A model generated the notes under the pieces. The model saw only the letters and a program-made list of their open reading frames with translations, did not search any database and was not told where the DNA came from. From the NCBI GenBank assembly GCA_041690795.1, contig JBEPVV010000001.1:1-25178 (forward strand): a DNA stretch of 25,178 bases, in the 5' to 3' direction. This document shows, piece after piece, positions 1 through 7,362 of the stretch. The stretch's first letter is position 1. Each line of letters begins with the position of its first letter. Origin of the DNA: Gemmatimonadota bacterium (lineage in GTDB: Bacteria; Gemmatimonadota; Gemmatimonadetes; Gemmatimonadales; GWC2-71-9). The position numbers were made by a program, and so were the translations under genes.

Positions 1-1520
1 TGGTAGAGGTCGGGAAGGATGGATCCGTCGACGGGACCCTCGATGCACAGGGCCACCACCCGGAAGTCGACGCCGAGTCTCCGCAGCGAGGCGATGCGGT
101 GGTTGGAATCGAGCAGCAGGTTGGTTCCGTTGCCGCCGACGATCCAGAGCGGAATACTCGAACCCACGTTGCCGCGCACCATGGCGGTGTCGCTACCGCC
201 GTGCAGATACAGGCGGATCGCGCGGGTATCCGCGGCGTCGAAGCGGCGGTGGTACCACGGCGGAAGTGCACCCGATTGCAACTCGACGTCGACGTGACGG
301 TCGTCAACCCGGGTGATCGTTGCATGATCGGCCGCGTCGGTTGCGTGCACGTCGACTGCAGCCGCGAGGAACGCATAGAATCGTGACGCCGCGCCTGGCA
401 ACCCGTCGCGGCGCAGCCGGAGCGTGTGCACAACGTCGGGTGCAGCCGATCGATATTCGCGCGGCAGCGCGGCCACCGCGGCGTCGATCACTGAATCGCG
501 GAGTCGCATCACCAGCGAGTGGGCGATGGAATCGAATATTGGCCGGTCGAGACCGGACAGCATCCGCCGGTCGAACTCCCGGCTGTTGATCGTCAAGCCG
601 GTCATAGTCCCATAGGTGCTGTCGAACTTCATCAGATACGGATAGGCGTGGCTTGCGAGGTCGAGCAGGAAACCGCTGTACGAGATGAACGCCTTGTCGC
701 GGTCACGGGCGATCGGCTCCCAGGGCGCGGATTCGGCGCTGTCGAACTGCGCCCACTTCCATTGCTTGGGGTGACGGTCCCAGTCGTTCAGGAACATGTC
801 CATCAGGCGAGCCGTCAGGAATGCGCGCGCGTCGACCTGCGCCTGCGAGTCACGATCGATGAGTTGCAACAGCGTGTCGCTGTCGATGACGCGCAATGCG
901 CCGCGAAAACCCGCTGCATGTTTTGGTTTCGACGGGAATTCCTCGATCATGCCAAGGCGTCCGGCGAACTTCTTCCGGAACTCCCCCAGCAGCGAATCGT
1001 CCGGCATCACCACCAGCACCGGTGCGGGGTTCAGCACCGAAGCGGCGTCCAGTAGTTGGGTCGCGACCACTGCTGAGGCCGGGAAGCTGCTGCTGACCTG
1101 GTCGAGCGCAATACGCTCGACCGCCGTCCCTTTCCACTCCGCCGGCACCTCGACCGCATCCTTGTCGACCGATCGAAATACGTATTCGGTACCCGACGCG
1201 GCGCGGAACCGCAGCGAAGCGGTCTGGACCCCTCCGCCCGCCTTGAGCGGTTTGATTCCGCCGGCGAACGTCGTCAGGTTGAGCACCGGCGCCCTGATTG
1301 GCGTAATCCAGAGGTCGCGATAGTAACCGCCCAGTAGTGATCGATGGAAGTTGCCGGCGCGAAAGTGCGCACCCGCGGCGACCATCACCGAATCGGGCGA
1401 ATCGACAACCGGTGGGGTCGAAGACGTCTGTGAACGCAGTGCTCCGGGCGTGATCGTCGCTGCGGCAATGCCGACGAGCGCGATTCTCCCCAACCGGCAG
1501 AAACGCCGTCGCAGAATCAT
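1..1520 (-). CDS. Large secreted protein, 3'-partial (runs off left edge). Matches the central region of the metallophosphoesterase/BamA-TamA-type outer-membrane protein family and has atypical-kinase-like motifs
   Basis: Hand translation; absent from the ORF track because there is no stop inside the window. ATG at 1520 overlaps the upstream TGA (ATGA), and I found no stop down to base 1. The N-terminus MILRRRFCRLGRIALVGIAAATITPGALRSQ looks like a signal peptide. Motifs: YRDLWITPI, GGGVQTASLRF, EYVFRSVDK, FLTARLMDMFLNDWDRHPKQWKW, PIARDRDKAF, IRLYLHGGSD. The family assignment is recalled, and any beta-barrel would lie outside the window. Confidence 0.85.
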   Translation of the reverse strand, partial: MILRRRFCRLGRIALVGIAAATITPGALRSQTSSTPPVVDSPDSVMVAAGAHFRAGNFHRSLLGGYYRDLWITPIRAPVLNLTTFAGGIKPLKAGGGVQTASLRFRAASGTEYVFRSVDKDAVEVPAEWKGTAVERIALDQVSSSFPASAVVATQLLDAASVLNPAPVLVVMPDDSLLGEFRKKFAGRLGMIEEFPSKPKHAAGFRGALRVIDSDTLLQLIDRDSQAQVDARAFLTARLMDMFLNDWDRHPKQWKWAQFDSAESAPWEPIARDRDKAFISYSGFLLDLASHAYPYLMKFDSTYGTMTGLTINSREFDRRMLSGLDRPIFDSIAHSLVMRLRDSVIDAAVAALPREYRSAAPDVVHTLRLRRDGLPGAASRFYAFLAAAVDVHATDAADHATITRVDDRHVDVELQSGALPPWYHRRFDAADTRAIRLYLHGGSDTAMVRGNVGSSIPLWIVGGNGTNLLLDSNHRIASLRRLGVDFRVVALCIEGPVDGSILPDLY

Positions 1521-2431
1521 CGCGGCCACCGATAGAGCGTGATCGCGCCAGGAGAACTTTCGCCTTCGTCACTGACGATCAGCACGCCGTCTCGGGTGAT
1601 CGCTACCCCTTCGGGCTGCGAGTGCCCGGAAGGAAGTGGCCGCGCGAAGACGACCTCGCCTGCCGGAGTGATTTCGATGATCGCCTTCTCTTTCGACGCC
1701 ACGAGTACGTAGTTGCCGCTGCGCGGGTCGATCGTGATGTCGGACGGATGGACGCCGTCCCAGCCGTTGTTGCCGACCAGTTTGTCAAACGCCACCCCGA
1801 TATGCTCGACCGTGTCGGTGCTCGCGTGAGGGATCTTCCAGCGGAAGATGATGACCGAGTCACGCATGCCCTTGTCATGAACGCGCTTGCAACCCAGCAG
1901 CAAGGCGTTGATGTGCGGATCGAAGGTCATCGCCTCGAATTCGCACTTGCTGCCCAGGTCGGTGTCTTCGCGCGTGTAGGGCACAGCCGTGGAATCGCCG
2001 ATCGCGAAATGATAGAGCACCCCTTCGCTGTCCATCAGGTAGAGCGAATCGCCGACCGAGGTGATCGCCTCGAAGTCCCCGTGAATCGCGGGGTTGCCCA
2101 CGTCGAACTCGCGCTCGATCACGCCGCGTCGGTAGTCGATCTGGTAGATCCGCGCCCGCTCGTCGCCGTGAGTGAAAAGCCGGCCATCGGCCGTGAGCGC
2201 CAGGCCCGAGATTTCCTTGAGTCGCGCCGGCAGCTCCCAGCGCGCGATCGGTGCGTCGCCATCGCGCTCGCCCGAGTGTGCCAGTGCCTCGCGGAAGTGC
2301 GCCTCTCGCTGCACGACGACAATGCTGTCAGCCCGGGCCTGCGCGCGAAACGCCTGCTTCCCGCATGCCGTCAGCAGGGACAGCGCGCCCAGCCCCAGCA
2401 GCCCACCCGACCGCCAACGCCCGGCGTTCAC
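1517..2431 (-). CDS. SdiA-regulated (YjiK-like) beta-propeller domain lipoprotein
   Basis: 304 aa. GTG start overlaps the upstream stop (GTGA). Lipobox LLTAC. Repeated blade motifs: LKEISGLA...LFTHGDE, GDFEAIT, EFEAMTFD, HPSDITID, QPEGVAITRDGVLIVSDEG. Confidence 0.85.
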   Translation of the reverse strand: MNAGRWRSGGLLGLGALSLLTACGKQAFRAQARADSIVVVQREAHFREALAHSGERDGDAPIARWELPARLKEISGLALTADGRLFTHGDERARIYQIDYRRGVIEREFDVGNPAIHGDFEAITSVGDSLYLMDSEGVLYHFAIGDSTAVPYTREDTDLGSKCEFEAMTFDPHINALLLGCKRVHDKGMRDSVIIFRWKIPHASTDTVEHIGVAFDKLVGNNGWDGVHPSDITIDPRSGNYVLVASKEKAIIEITPAGEVVFARPLPSGHSQPEGVAITRDGVLIVSDEGESSPGAITLYRWPR

Positions 2432-3522
2432 TTCGCCTCGCGCTTCTCGGTGGCGACCGGGTCGCCGATTTCCAGGTCAACCGCGAGCACCTTGTCCCCA
2501 GCGCTCGCGCGCACCGCCGTGAGGAACCGATCCCGCGTGATTTCCTTCCGCACGCCGACGAGATAGTACAACTCCGACGGCTTGCCTTCGTTGGTGATCA
2601 CCTGATCGAGGCGCCAGCGGCGTGCCAGTCCGTCCAGCACCACCTGGATCCGCTCCTGCGCTTCGCTCAGTGATTCGGTCGTGACCGAGAGGATCGCGTT
2701 GAATCGCGGTTTTTTCTTCGTCGGGCCGAGGATCTTCCGTACCCGGTTGAATCGCTTTGCGAGGGCTGCGGCCTTCTTGGGGCTGAGCGCCAGCACCAGG
2801 TCGCGGTCAGGGACGCTGACGGCATCGACCCGGTTGTCGGCGAGTTCGGTCAACGGCTCGGTCCAGGCAGATGCCGCAGTCGGCTCGAGCACGTTGCGGC
2901 CGAAGTCGTATCGCCATGTCAGCAGCACCACGAAGTTGAAGACGATCGACAGTACCGCTGCCACTGTCAGCGACTCGACGCCCGCCGCCAACCCGACTCC
3001 GATACCCAGGAAGATGTACACCGTGTCGCGCACGTCTCGCATGGTGGTCCGGAATCGCAGTCCGGCCACGATACCGCCGAGGCTGAATGCGAGCGCAAGG
3101 CTGGTGCGAACGACAAGCACGATGCCCGCGACGACGATCGGCAGGATAATCAGCGTCTGCACGATCGACTGGTTGAAGTCACGCGTTCGCCGTGCTGACA
3201 TGAAGACCCAGCTCACCGGGAGCATCAGCGCCAGCGTACTCATCATTACCATCACCGCGGTGATAGTCAGATCCAGCCGGGAGCTGCCGTCCGCAATTGG
3301 ACCACCCTTGCCCTTGGCCGCGGCTAGTCCGTCATCGAGCAGCTGCGGATTCTTGGTGATATCCTGGATGTGCTCACCGGAGAGGAGCCGGTCGAAGAAG
3401 GGGATGAAATGGAAGAGGAGGAAGACGACCGCGCCCAGCACGACATAGTAGGCGATCAGGCGGCGGATGGGTCGGTCCGAACCGAGGGTGAAAAAGTCGA
3501 TCAGACGTTTGAACCAACCCAT
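2428..3522 (-). CDS. DUF4956 domain membrane protein with extra N-terminal helices and a C-terminal soluble domain
   Basis: 364 aa with several hydrophobic segments. The core SLALAFSLGGIVAGLRFRTTMRDVRDTVYIFLGIGVGLAAG is the DUF4956 signature. Confidence 0.85.
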   Translation of the reverse strand: MGWFKRLIDFFTLGSDRPIRRLIAYYVVLGAVVFLLFHFIPFFDRLLSGEHIQDITKNPQLLDDGLAAAKGKGGPIADGSSRLDLTITAVMVMMSTLALMLPVSWVFMSARRTRDFNQSIVQTLIILPIVVAGIVLVVRTSLALAFSLGGIVAGLRFRTTMRDVRDTVYIFLGIGVGLAAGVESLTVAAVLSIVFNFVVLLTWRYDFGRNVLEPTAASAWTEPLTELADNRVDAVSVPDRDLVLALSPKKAAALAKRFNRVRKILGPTKKKPRFNAILSVTTESLSEAQERIQVVLDGLARRWRLDQVITNEGKPSELYYLVGVRKEITRDRFLTAVRASAGDKVLAVDLEIGDPVATEKREAK

Positions 3523-3526
3523 GAAT

Positions 3527-3588
3527 CCGCCGTGTAAAGGATATGTAACGGAGAGGGGACGGCTTAACCCCCTCCGCCTACACGCGGC
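3527..3588. other. Nested imperfect inverted repeat filling the DUF4142-DUF4956 intergenic region
   Basis: Outer arms CCGCCGTGTA / TACACGCGG; inner arms CGGAGAGGGG / CCCCCTCCG; bulged. No U-tract, so the function is unclear. Confidence 0.45.
3533..3548. promoter_or_regulatory. Candidate OmpR/PhoB-family operator: TGTAA direct repeat at 11-bp period
   Basis: TGTAA at 3533-3537 and 3544-3548 (minus strand GTTACA-TATCC-TTTACA), 11-26 nt upstream of the DUF4956 ATG. It overlaps a TANNNT (TATCCT, 3543-3538). Confidence 0.35.
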
Positions 3589-4140
3589 TTACTTCCCAAT
3601 ACCAGCCAACAGCGTTTCGCCGGCCTTTTCGTGCTGCACGAATACCGGTGCCACGCGGTCGACCAGCGCCTTGAGCTCGGCATTCTGGATCGCGGGCAGC
3701 AGCGTGCCCGTAACGGCGGCGATGACGGCCTTGTGGTAGGCGATCTCATGTTCGAGGAAGGCGTGATCGAAGCCGACGCCATGAGCAGCAGCGCGCAGCG
3801 TCTTCATCGCGGCGGCATGCGCCTCGGCGCTGGCCCTGCCGGCCGGCGGGGTCGGCGTGACGCCCAGCTTTTTCGCCAGGTCACGTCCCTGCTGGCGGGC
3901 ATCGGTGTGGGCCTTGACCAGCATCGCGCCGTAGTCGCGAACCGCTTGGGTCGATCCCTTGGTGGCGCCGAGCTTGCCGGTCTCGATGTCATCGGTGTTG
4001 GCGCCGTCGTAGATGGCCACGATAGTCGCATCGTCGAGGGCGACGCGGAGTGCGTCCGTGGCTGCCGGGGCCGGAATGACGCGGGCAGGCGCAGGAGCTG
4101 CGGCGAGGGCAGCGAGCGTGGAGATCAGGATGAGCGACAT
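3589..4140 (-). CDS. DUF4142 domain (ferritin-like) exported protein
   Basis: Start placed at ATG 4140 behind GGAGG. Signal peptide MSLILISTLAALAAAPAPA. Motifs: VRDYGAMLVKAH, LAKKLGVTP, FDHAFLEHEIAYHKAVI, IQNAELKALV. Confidence 0.85.
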   Translation of the reverse strand: MSLILISTLAALAAAPAPARVIPAPAATDALRVALDDATIVAIYDGANTDDIETGKLGATKGSTQAVRDYGAMLVKAHTDARQQGRDLAKKLGVTPTPPAGRASAEAHAAAMKTLRAAAHGVGFDHAFLEHEIAYHKAVIAAVTGTLLPAIQNAELKALVDRVAPVFVQHEKAGETLLAGIGK

Positions 4141-4194
4141 GGATCCTCCATTTGGGTGGCAAGCGGGCCGAGGTTTCGGCTGGGCAGGGAACAT

Positions 4195-4245
4195 GGCACA
4201 TTACTCTAATATGTCAAGGTTTTCATGGTTATATTGTAAGATACC
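4195..4245. promoter_or_regulatory. AT-rich divergent promoter/operator region
   Basis: Marked AT island between divergent genes. TTGACA on the minus strand (4217-4212) points to DUF4142, with only a weak -10 (TG-C-CATGTT) at about 16-17 bp spacing. TATATT on the plus strand at 4230-4235. Confidence 0.45.
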
Positions 4246-4267
4246 CCGTCTCTGGTTTGATTTGGTC

Positions 4268-4885
4268 ATGGACGAACGCCTCGCAGCCACCGACCCGACG
4301 CGCGATCGCGTCCTTGAGGCGCTCCGTTTCGGGGCGAAGACGGTCGAGGCGCTGGCTGGCATGATCGGCGTGACGCGGAATGCGATCCGGGTGCACCTGG
4401 CGACGCTTGGCCGGGATGGATTGATCGAAAGCACCGGCGTGATCCGGTCGCCAACGCCAGGGAAACCGGCGCGGGTGTACGCGTTGACCCGCGCCGCGGA
4501 GACAAGGTTCTCGTCCGCCTATCCGGCCACGCTCACGGCGCTGATCGGCGTACTCTCCGAGCAACTTCCGGCCGACCATCTCGACGCACTCTTTGCGGCG
4601 GCCGGAAGCCGACTCGCCGGCGAGCCCCTTGGCGTCGCTGCCAACAACCCCGCACTGACCGCGAAGCGACTGCTCGAATCGCTCGGTGCAGCAGTCACGC
4701 TTTCGGCCATCTCGGGGACAACGACGATGGTGTCCGGCGCCGCGTGTCCGCTCGCAGTTGCCGTACGTGAGTGTCCCGGGAGTTGCGAAATGGTCCGGGC
4801 GATGCTGGTTCGCGCGACGGCGAGCGCGGTGGTGACCTGTTGTGTCCACGGTGATTCGCCGCGCTGCAACTTCGAAGTAGGCTGA
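4268..4885 (+). CDS. HTH transcriptional regulator, ArsR/SufR-like, with a Cys-containing C-terminal sensor domain
   Basis: Start placed at ATG 4268. wHTH: TRDRVLEAL...TVEALAGMIGVTRNAIRVHLATLGRDGLI...GKPARVYALT. C-terminal CPLAVAVRECPGSC...TCCVHGDSPRCNF. Confidence 0.8.
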   Translation: MDERLAATDPTRDRVLEALRFGAKTVEALAGMIGVTRNAIRVHLATLGRDGLIESTGVIRSPTPGKPARVYALTRAAETRFSSAYPATLTALIGVLSEQLPADHLDALFAAAGSRLAGEPLGVAANNPALTAKRLLESLGAAVTLSAISGTTTMVSGAACPLAVAVRECPGSCEMVRAMLVRATASAVVTCCVHGDSPRCNFEVG

Positions 4886-5035
4886 ACAACTTCCGCGCCT
4901 GGCGCGGTGTCCCCGTTCCATCCCGCTCGCCTACTTCACGCCATCGCGAGACTCACGTAGCTTTGCTGCGCCCGGGCCGTCGTCGTTTTCGGTGCCGGCA
5001 GCTCCTCTCTTCATACCCAGCACAGCGGATAATCG

Positions 5036-6730
5036 ATGCCCATCCACACGCGACGCGATGTCTATGACGTCTGCATTGTCGGCTCGGGGGCCGGCGGCGG
5101 CATGGCCGCGCACGAACTGACGAAGGCGGGCGCGAGCGTCATCATGCTCGAGGCCGGCGGAATGTGGGACAACACCAAGGACTCGGACATGTTCGTCGAG
5201 CCCTGGGAAACACCGCGGCGCGGGCGGGGCACGACGGAGCGTCCGTTCGGCGAGCACGATGGCTGTATCGGCGGCTGGACCGTCCCCGGCGAACCGTTCA
5301 CCACCGCGCCGGGAAGTCAGTTCCAGTGGTGGCGGGCGCGCATGCTTGGCGGCCGGACCAATCACTGGGGCCGCATTTCGTTGCGGTTCGGGCCAGATGA
5401 TTTCAAGCACAAGACCGCTGATGGACTTGGCGACGACTGGCCGATTTCGTACGACGACATGGCGCCGTACTACGACGACGTCGATCGTCTCGTCGGGATC
5501 TTCGGCAGCCGCGAAGGGCTGCGGAATCATCCCGATGGCGTGTTCCTGCCGCCGCCCAAGCCGCGCTGCTGGGAGACGCTGGTCAAGAAAGCCGCCGACA
5601 AGCACGCGGTGACCTGCATTCCGTCGCGTCTCTCGATCCTGACCCGGCCGCTCAATGGGCGACCGGCGTGCCACTACTGTGGCCAGTGCAATCGTGGCTG
5701 CCGGGTCAACGCGAACTTCTCGTCGACCAACGTGCTGATCAGCCCGGCGATGCGCACCGGCAAGCTGACACTGCGCACCGACGCCATGGTGCGCGAAGTT
5801 TCGGTTGGCGCCGACGGTCTCGCCAACGGCGTGATCTACATCGACAAGGTCTCACGAGAAGAACGCCGGGTCGATGCCAGGATCGTGGTCCTCGCCGCCA
5901 GTGCGCTCGAATCCTCGCGCATCCTGCTCAACTCCAGTTCGGCCAGGTTCCCGCACGGGCTGGCCAACTCCAGCGGCATGGTCGGCAAGTACATCACCGA
6001 CACGACGGGAACCGACGTCGGCGGATACATCCCATCGCTGGTCGACCAGCCGCGACACAACTGTGATGGCGTGGGCGGCGCACACCTCTACATGCCATGG
6101 TGGCTCGACAACAGGAAGCTCGATTTCCCGCGCGGCTATCACATCGAGATCTGGGGCGGAATGGGCATGCCGGGGTACGGCTTCATGGGCGGCATCCAGA
6201 GCTACCCTCCCGGCGGCGGCTATGGCGCGTCGCTCAAGAACGACTATCGCAAGTACTGGGGCGCGACGATCGGCTTTTCGGGGCGCGGCGAAATGATCCC
6301 CAACGAGAACTCGTATTGCGAACTCGATCCGCGCACGGTGGATCAGTGGGGAATCCCGGTGCTCCGCTTCCACTGGAAGTGGAGCGATCACGAGTATCTC
6401 CAGAGCAAGCACATGCAGGAGACCTTCCGGACCCTGCTGCACGAAATGGGCGCTGAGGTCTGGTCGACGATGCCGACCAAGGAACAGGGATACGGGATCT
6501 CGACCGGGGGATCGATCATCCATGAGGTCGGCGGCACTCGCATGGGCAATTCGGCAACGACGAGCGTGCTCAATGCGAACAGTCAGGCCTGGGACTGCAG
6601 GAATCTCTTCGTCGCCGATGGCGGACCGTTCGTAACCCAGGCCGACAAGAACCCGACCTGGACGATCCTGGCGCTCTCCATGCGCACGTCGCGCTACATC
6701 GCATCGCAGCGGAAGGAAGGCAGACTGTGA
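5036..6730 (+). CDS. GMC family FAD oxidoreductase (glycoside 3-dehydrogenase / gluconate 2-dehydrogenase flavoprotein-like)
   Basis: 564 aa. FAD motif DVCIVGSGAGGG; RARMLGGRTNHWGR; Cys cluster CHYCGQCNRGC; catalytic-region HEVGGTRMG and KNPTWTILALS. Confidence 0.92.
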   Translation: MPIHTRRDVYDVCIVGSGAGGGMAAHELTKAGASVIMLEAGGMWDNTKDSDMFVEPWETPRRGRGTTERPFGEHDGCIGGWTVPGEPFTTAPGSQFQWWRARMLGGRTNHWGRISLRFGPDDFKHKTADGLGDDWPISYDDMAPYYDDVDRLVGIFGSREGLRNHPDGVFLPPPKPRCWETLVKKAADKHAVTCIPSRLSILTRPLNGRPACHYCGQCNRGCRVNANFSSTNVLISPAMRTGKLTLRTDAMVREVSVGADGLANGVIYIDKVSREERRVDARIVVLAASALESSRILLNSSSARFPHGLANSSGMVGKYITDTTGTDVGGYIPSLVDQPRHNCDGVGGAHLYMPWWLDNRKLDFPRGYHIEIWGGMGMPGYGFMGGIQSYPPGGGYGASLKNDYRKYWGATIGFSGRGEMIPNENSYCELDPRTVDQWGIPVLRFHWKWSDHEYLQSKHMQETFRTLLHEMGAEVWSTMPTKEQGYGISTGGSIIHEVGGTRMGNSATTSVLNANSQAWDCRNLFVADGGPFVTQADKNPTWTILALSMRTSRYIASQRKEGRL

Positions 6731-7362
6731 TTGATCCCATCGAAGGCGCAGCCGCAACACCCGTTACGCGTCGCAGTGTGGTCGGCGCCCTCGCAGCCAC
6801 GGCCGGCGCGTTCATGATTCCCCGGCCGGCGCAGGCGGTCGAAGCCTCGCGCGTGGCTACGATCAGCCGCAACGCGGCCGCGCTTCGCGGCGCCGCGTAT
6901 TCTCCGAAGGTCTACTCTGCTCATGAGTGGGCGACAGTGCAATTGCTGGTGAACTACATCATCCCCAAGGACGCGACCAGCGGCTCGGCTACCGACGCTG
7001 CCGTGCCGGAATTCATGGATACGATGCTCGACCTCGAACCCGGGATGCGCACCGCGAATCGCGGCGGGCTGGCCTGGATCGATCATCAATCGCATCAGCG
7101 CTTCGACAAGGACTTCGTCGACGGAACCGATGCCCAGCGCCGCCAGCTGCTCGACGACATCGCCTATCCGGCGAAGAGCAAGCCGGAGATGGCGATGGGC
7201 GTGGCGTGGTTCAACTCCTTTCGTGATTTCACTGCCACCGGATTCTTCACCTCCGAGCTGGGAGTGAAGGATCTCGGCTACCAGGGAAACACGGCGGTCC
7301 CCGAATGGACCGGATGTCCGCCGGAGAACTACACCCGCCTCGGTACGAGCAAGCCATCGTGA
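6727..7362 (+). CDS. Gluconate 2-dehydrogenase subunit 3 family protein (Tat-exported small subunit)
   Basis: GTGA overlap with GMC. Twin-arginine TRRSVV plus hydrophobic stretch and AQA. Motifs: IIPKDATSGSATDAAVPEFMD, FRDFTATGFFTSELGVKDLGYQGN. Confidence 0.88.
   Translation: MIDPIEGAAATPVTRRSVVGALAATAGAFMIPRPAQAVEASRVATISRNAAALRGAAYSPKVYSAHEWATVQLLVNYIIPKDATSGSATDAAVPEFMDTMLDLEPGMRTANRGGLAWIDHQSHQRFDKDFVDGTDAQRRQLLDDIAYPAKSKPEMAMGVAWFNSFRDFTATGFFTSELGVKDLGYQGNTAVPEWTGCPPENYTRLGTSKPS

Noticed and set aside
1-105. Possible junction or chimera: after DSNH the protein (RIASLRRLGVDFRVVALCIEG...) does not read like my memory of homologues
   Set aside because: The frame stays open with normal GC-rich third positions, and there is no repeat or IS end. 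It cannot be supported without an alignment.
850-1572. 240-aa minus-strand ORF in the track
   Set aside because: Wrong frame. It is Arg/Gly-rich nonsense overlapping the real gene that starts at 1520 in another frame.
1622-2566. 314-aa plus-strand ORF; likewise 11507-12208, 13437-14414 and 20991-21686
   Set aside because: Antisense or off-frame shadows over confidently assigned genes.
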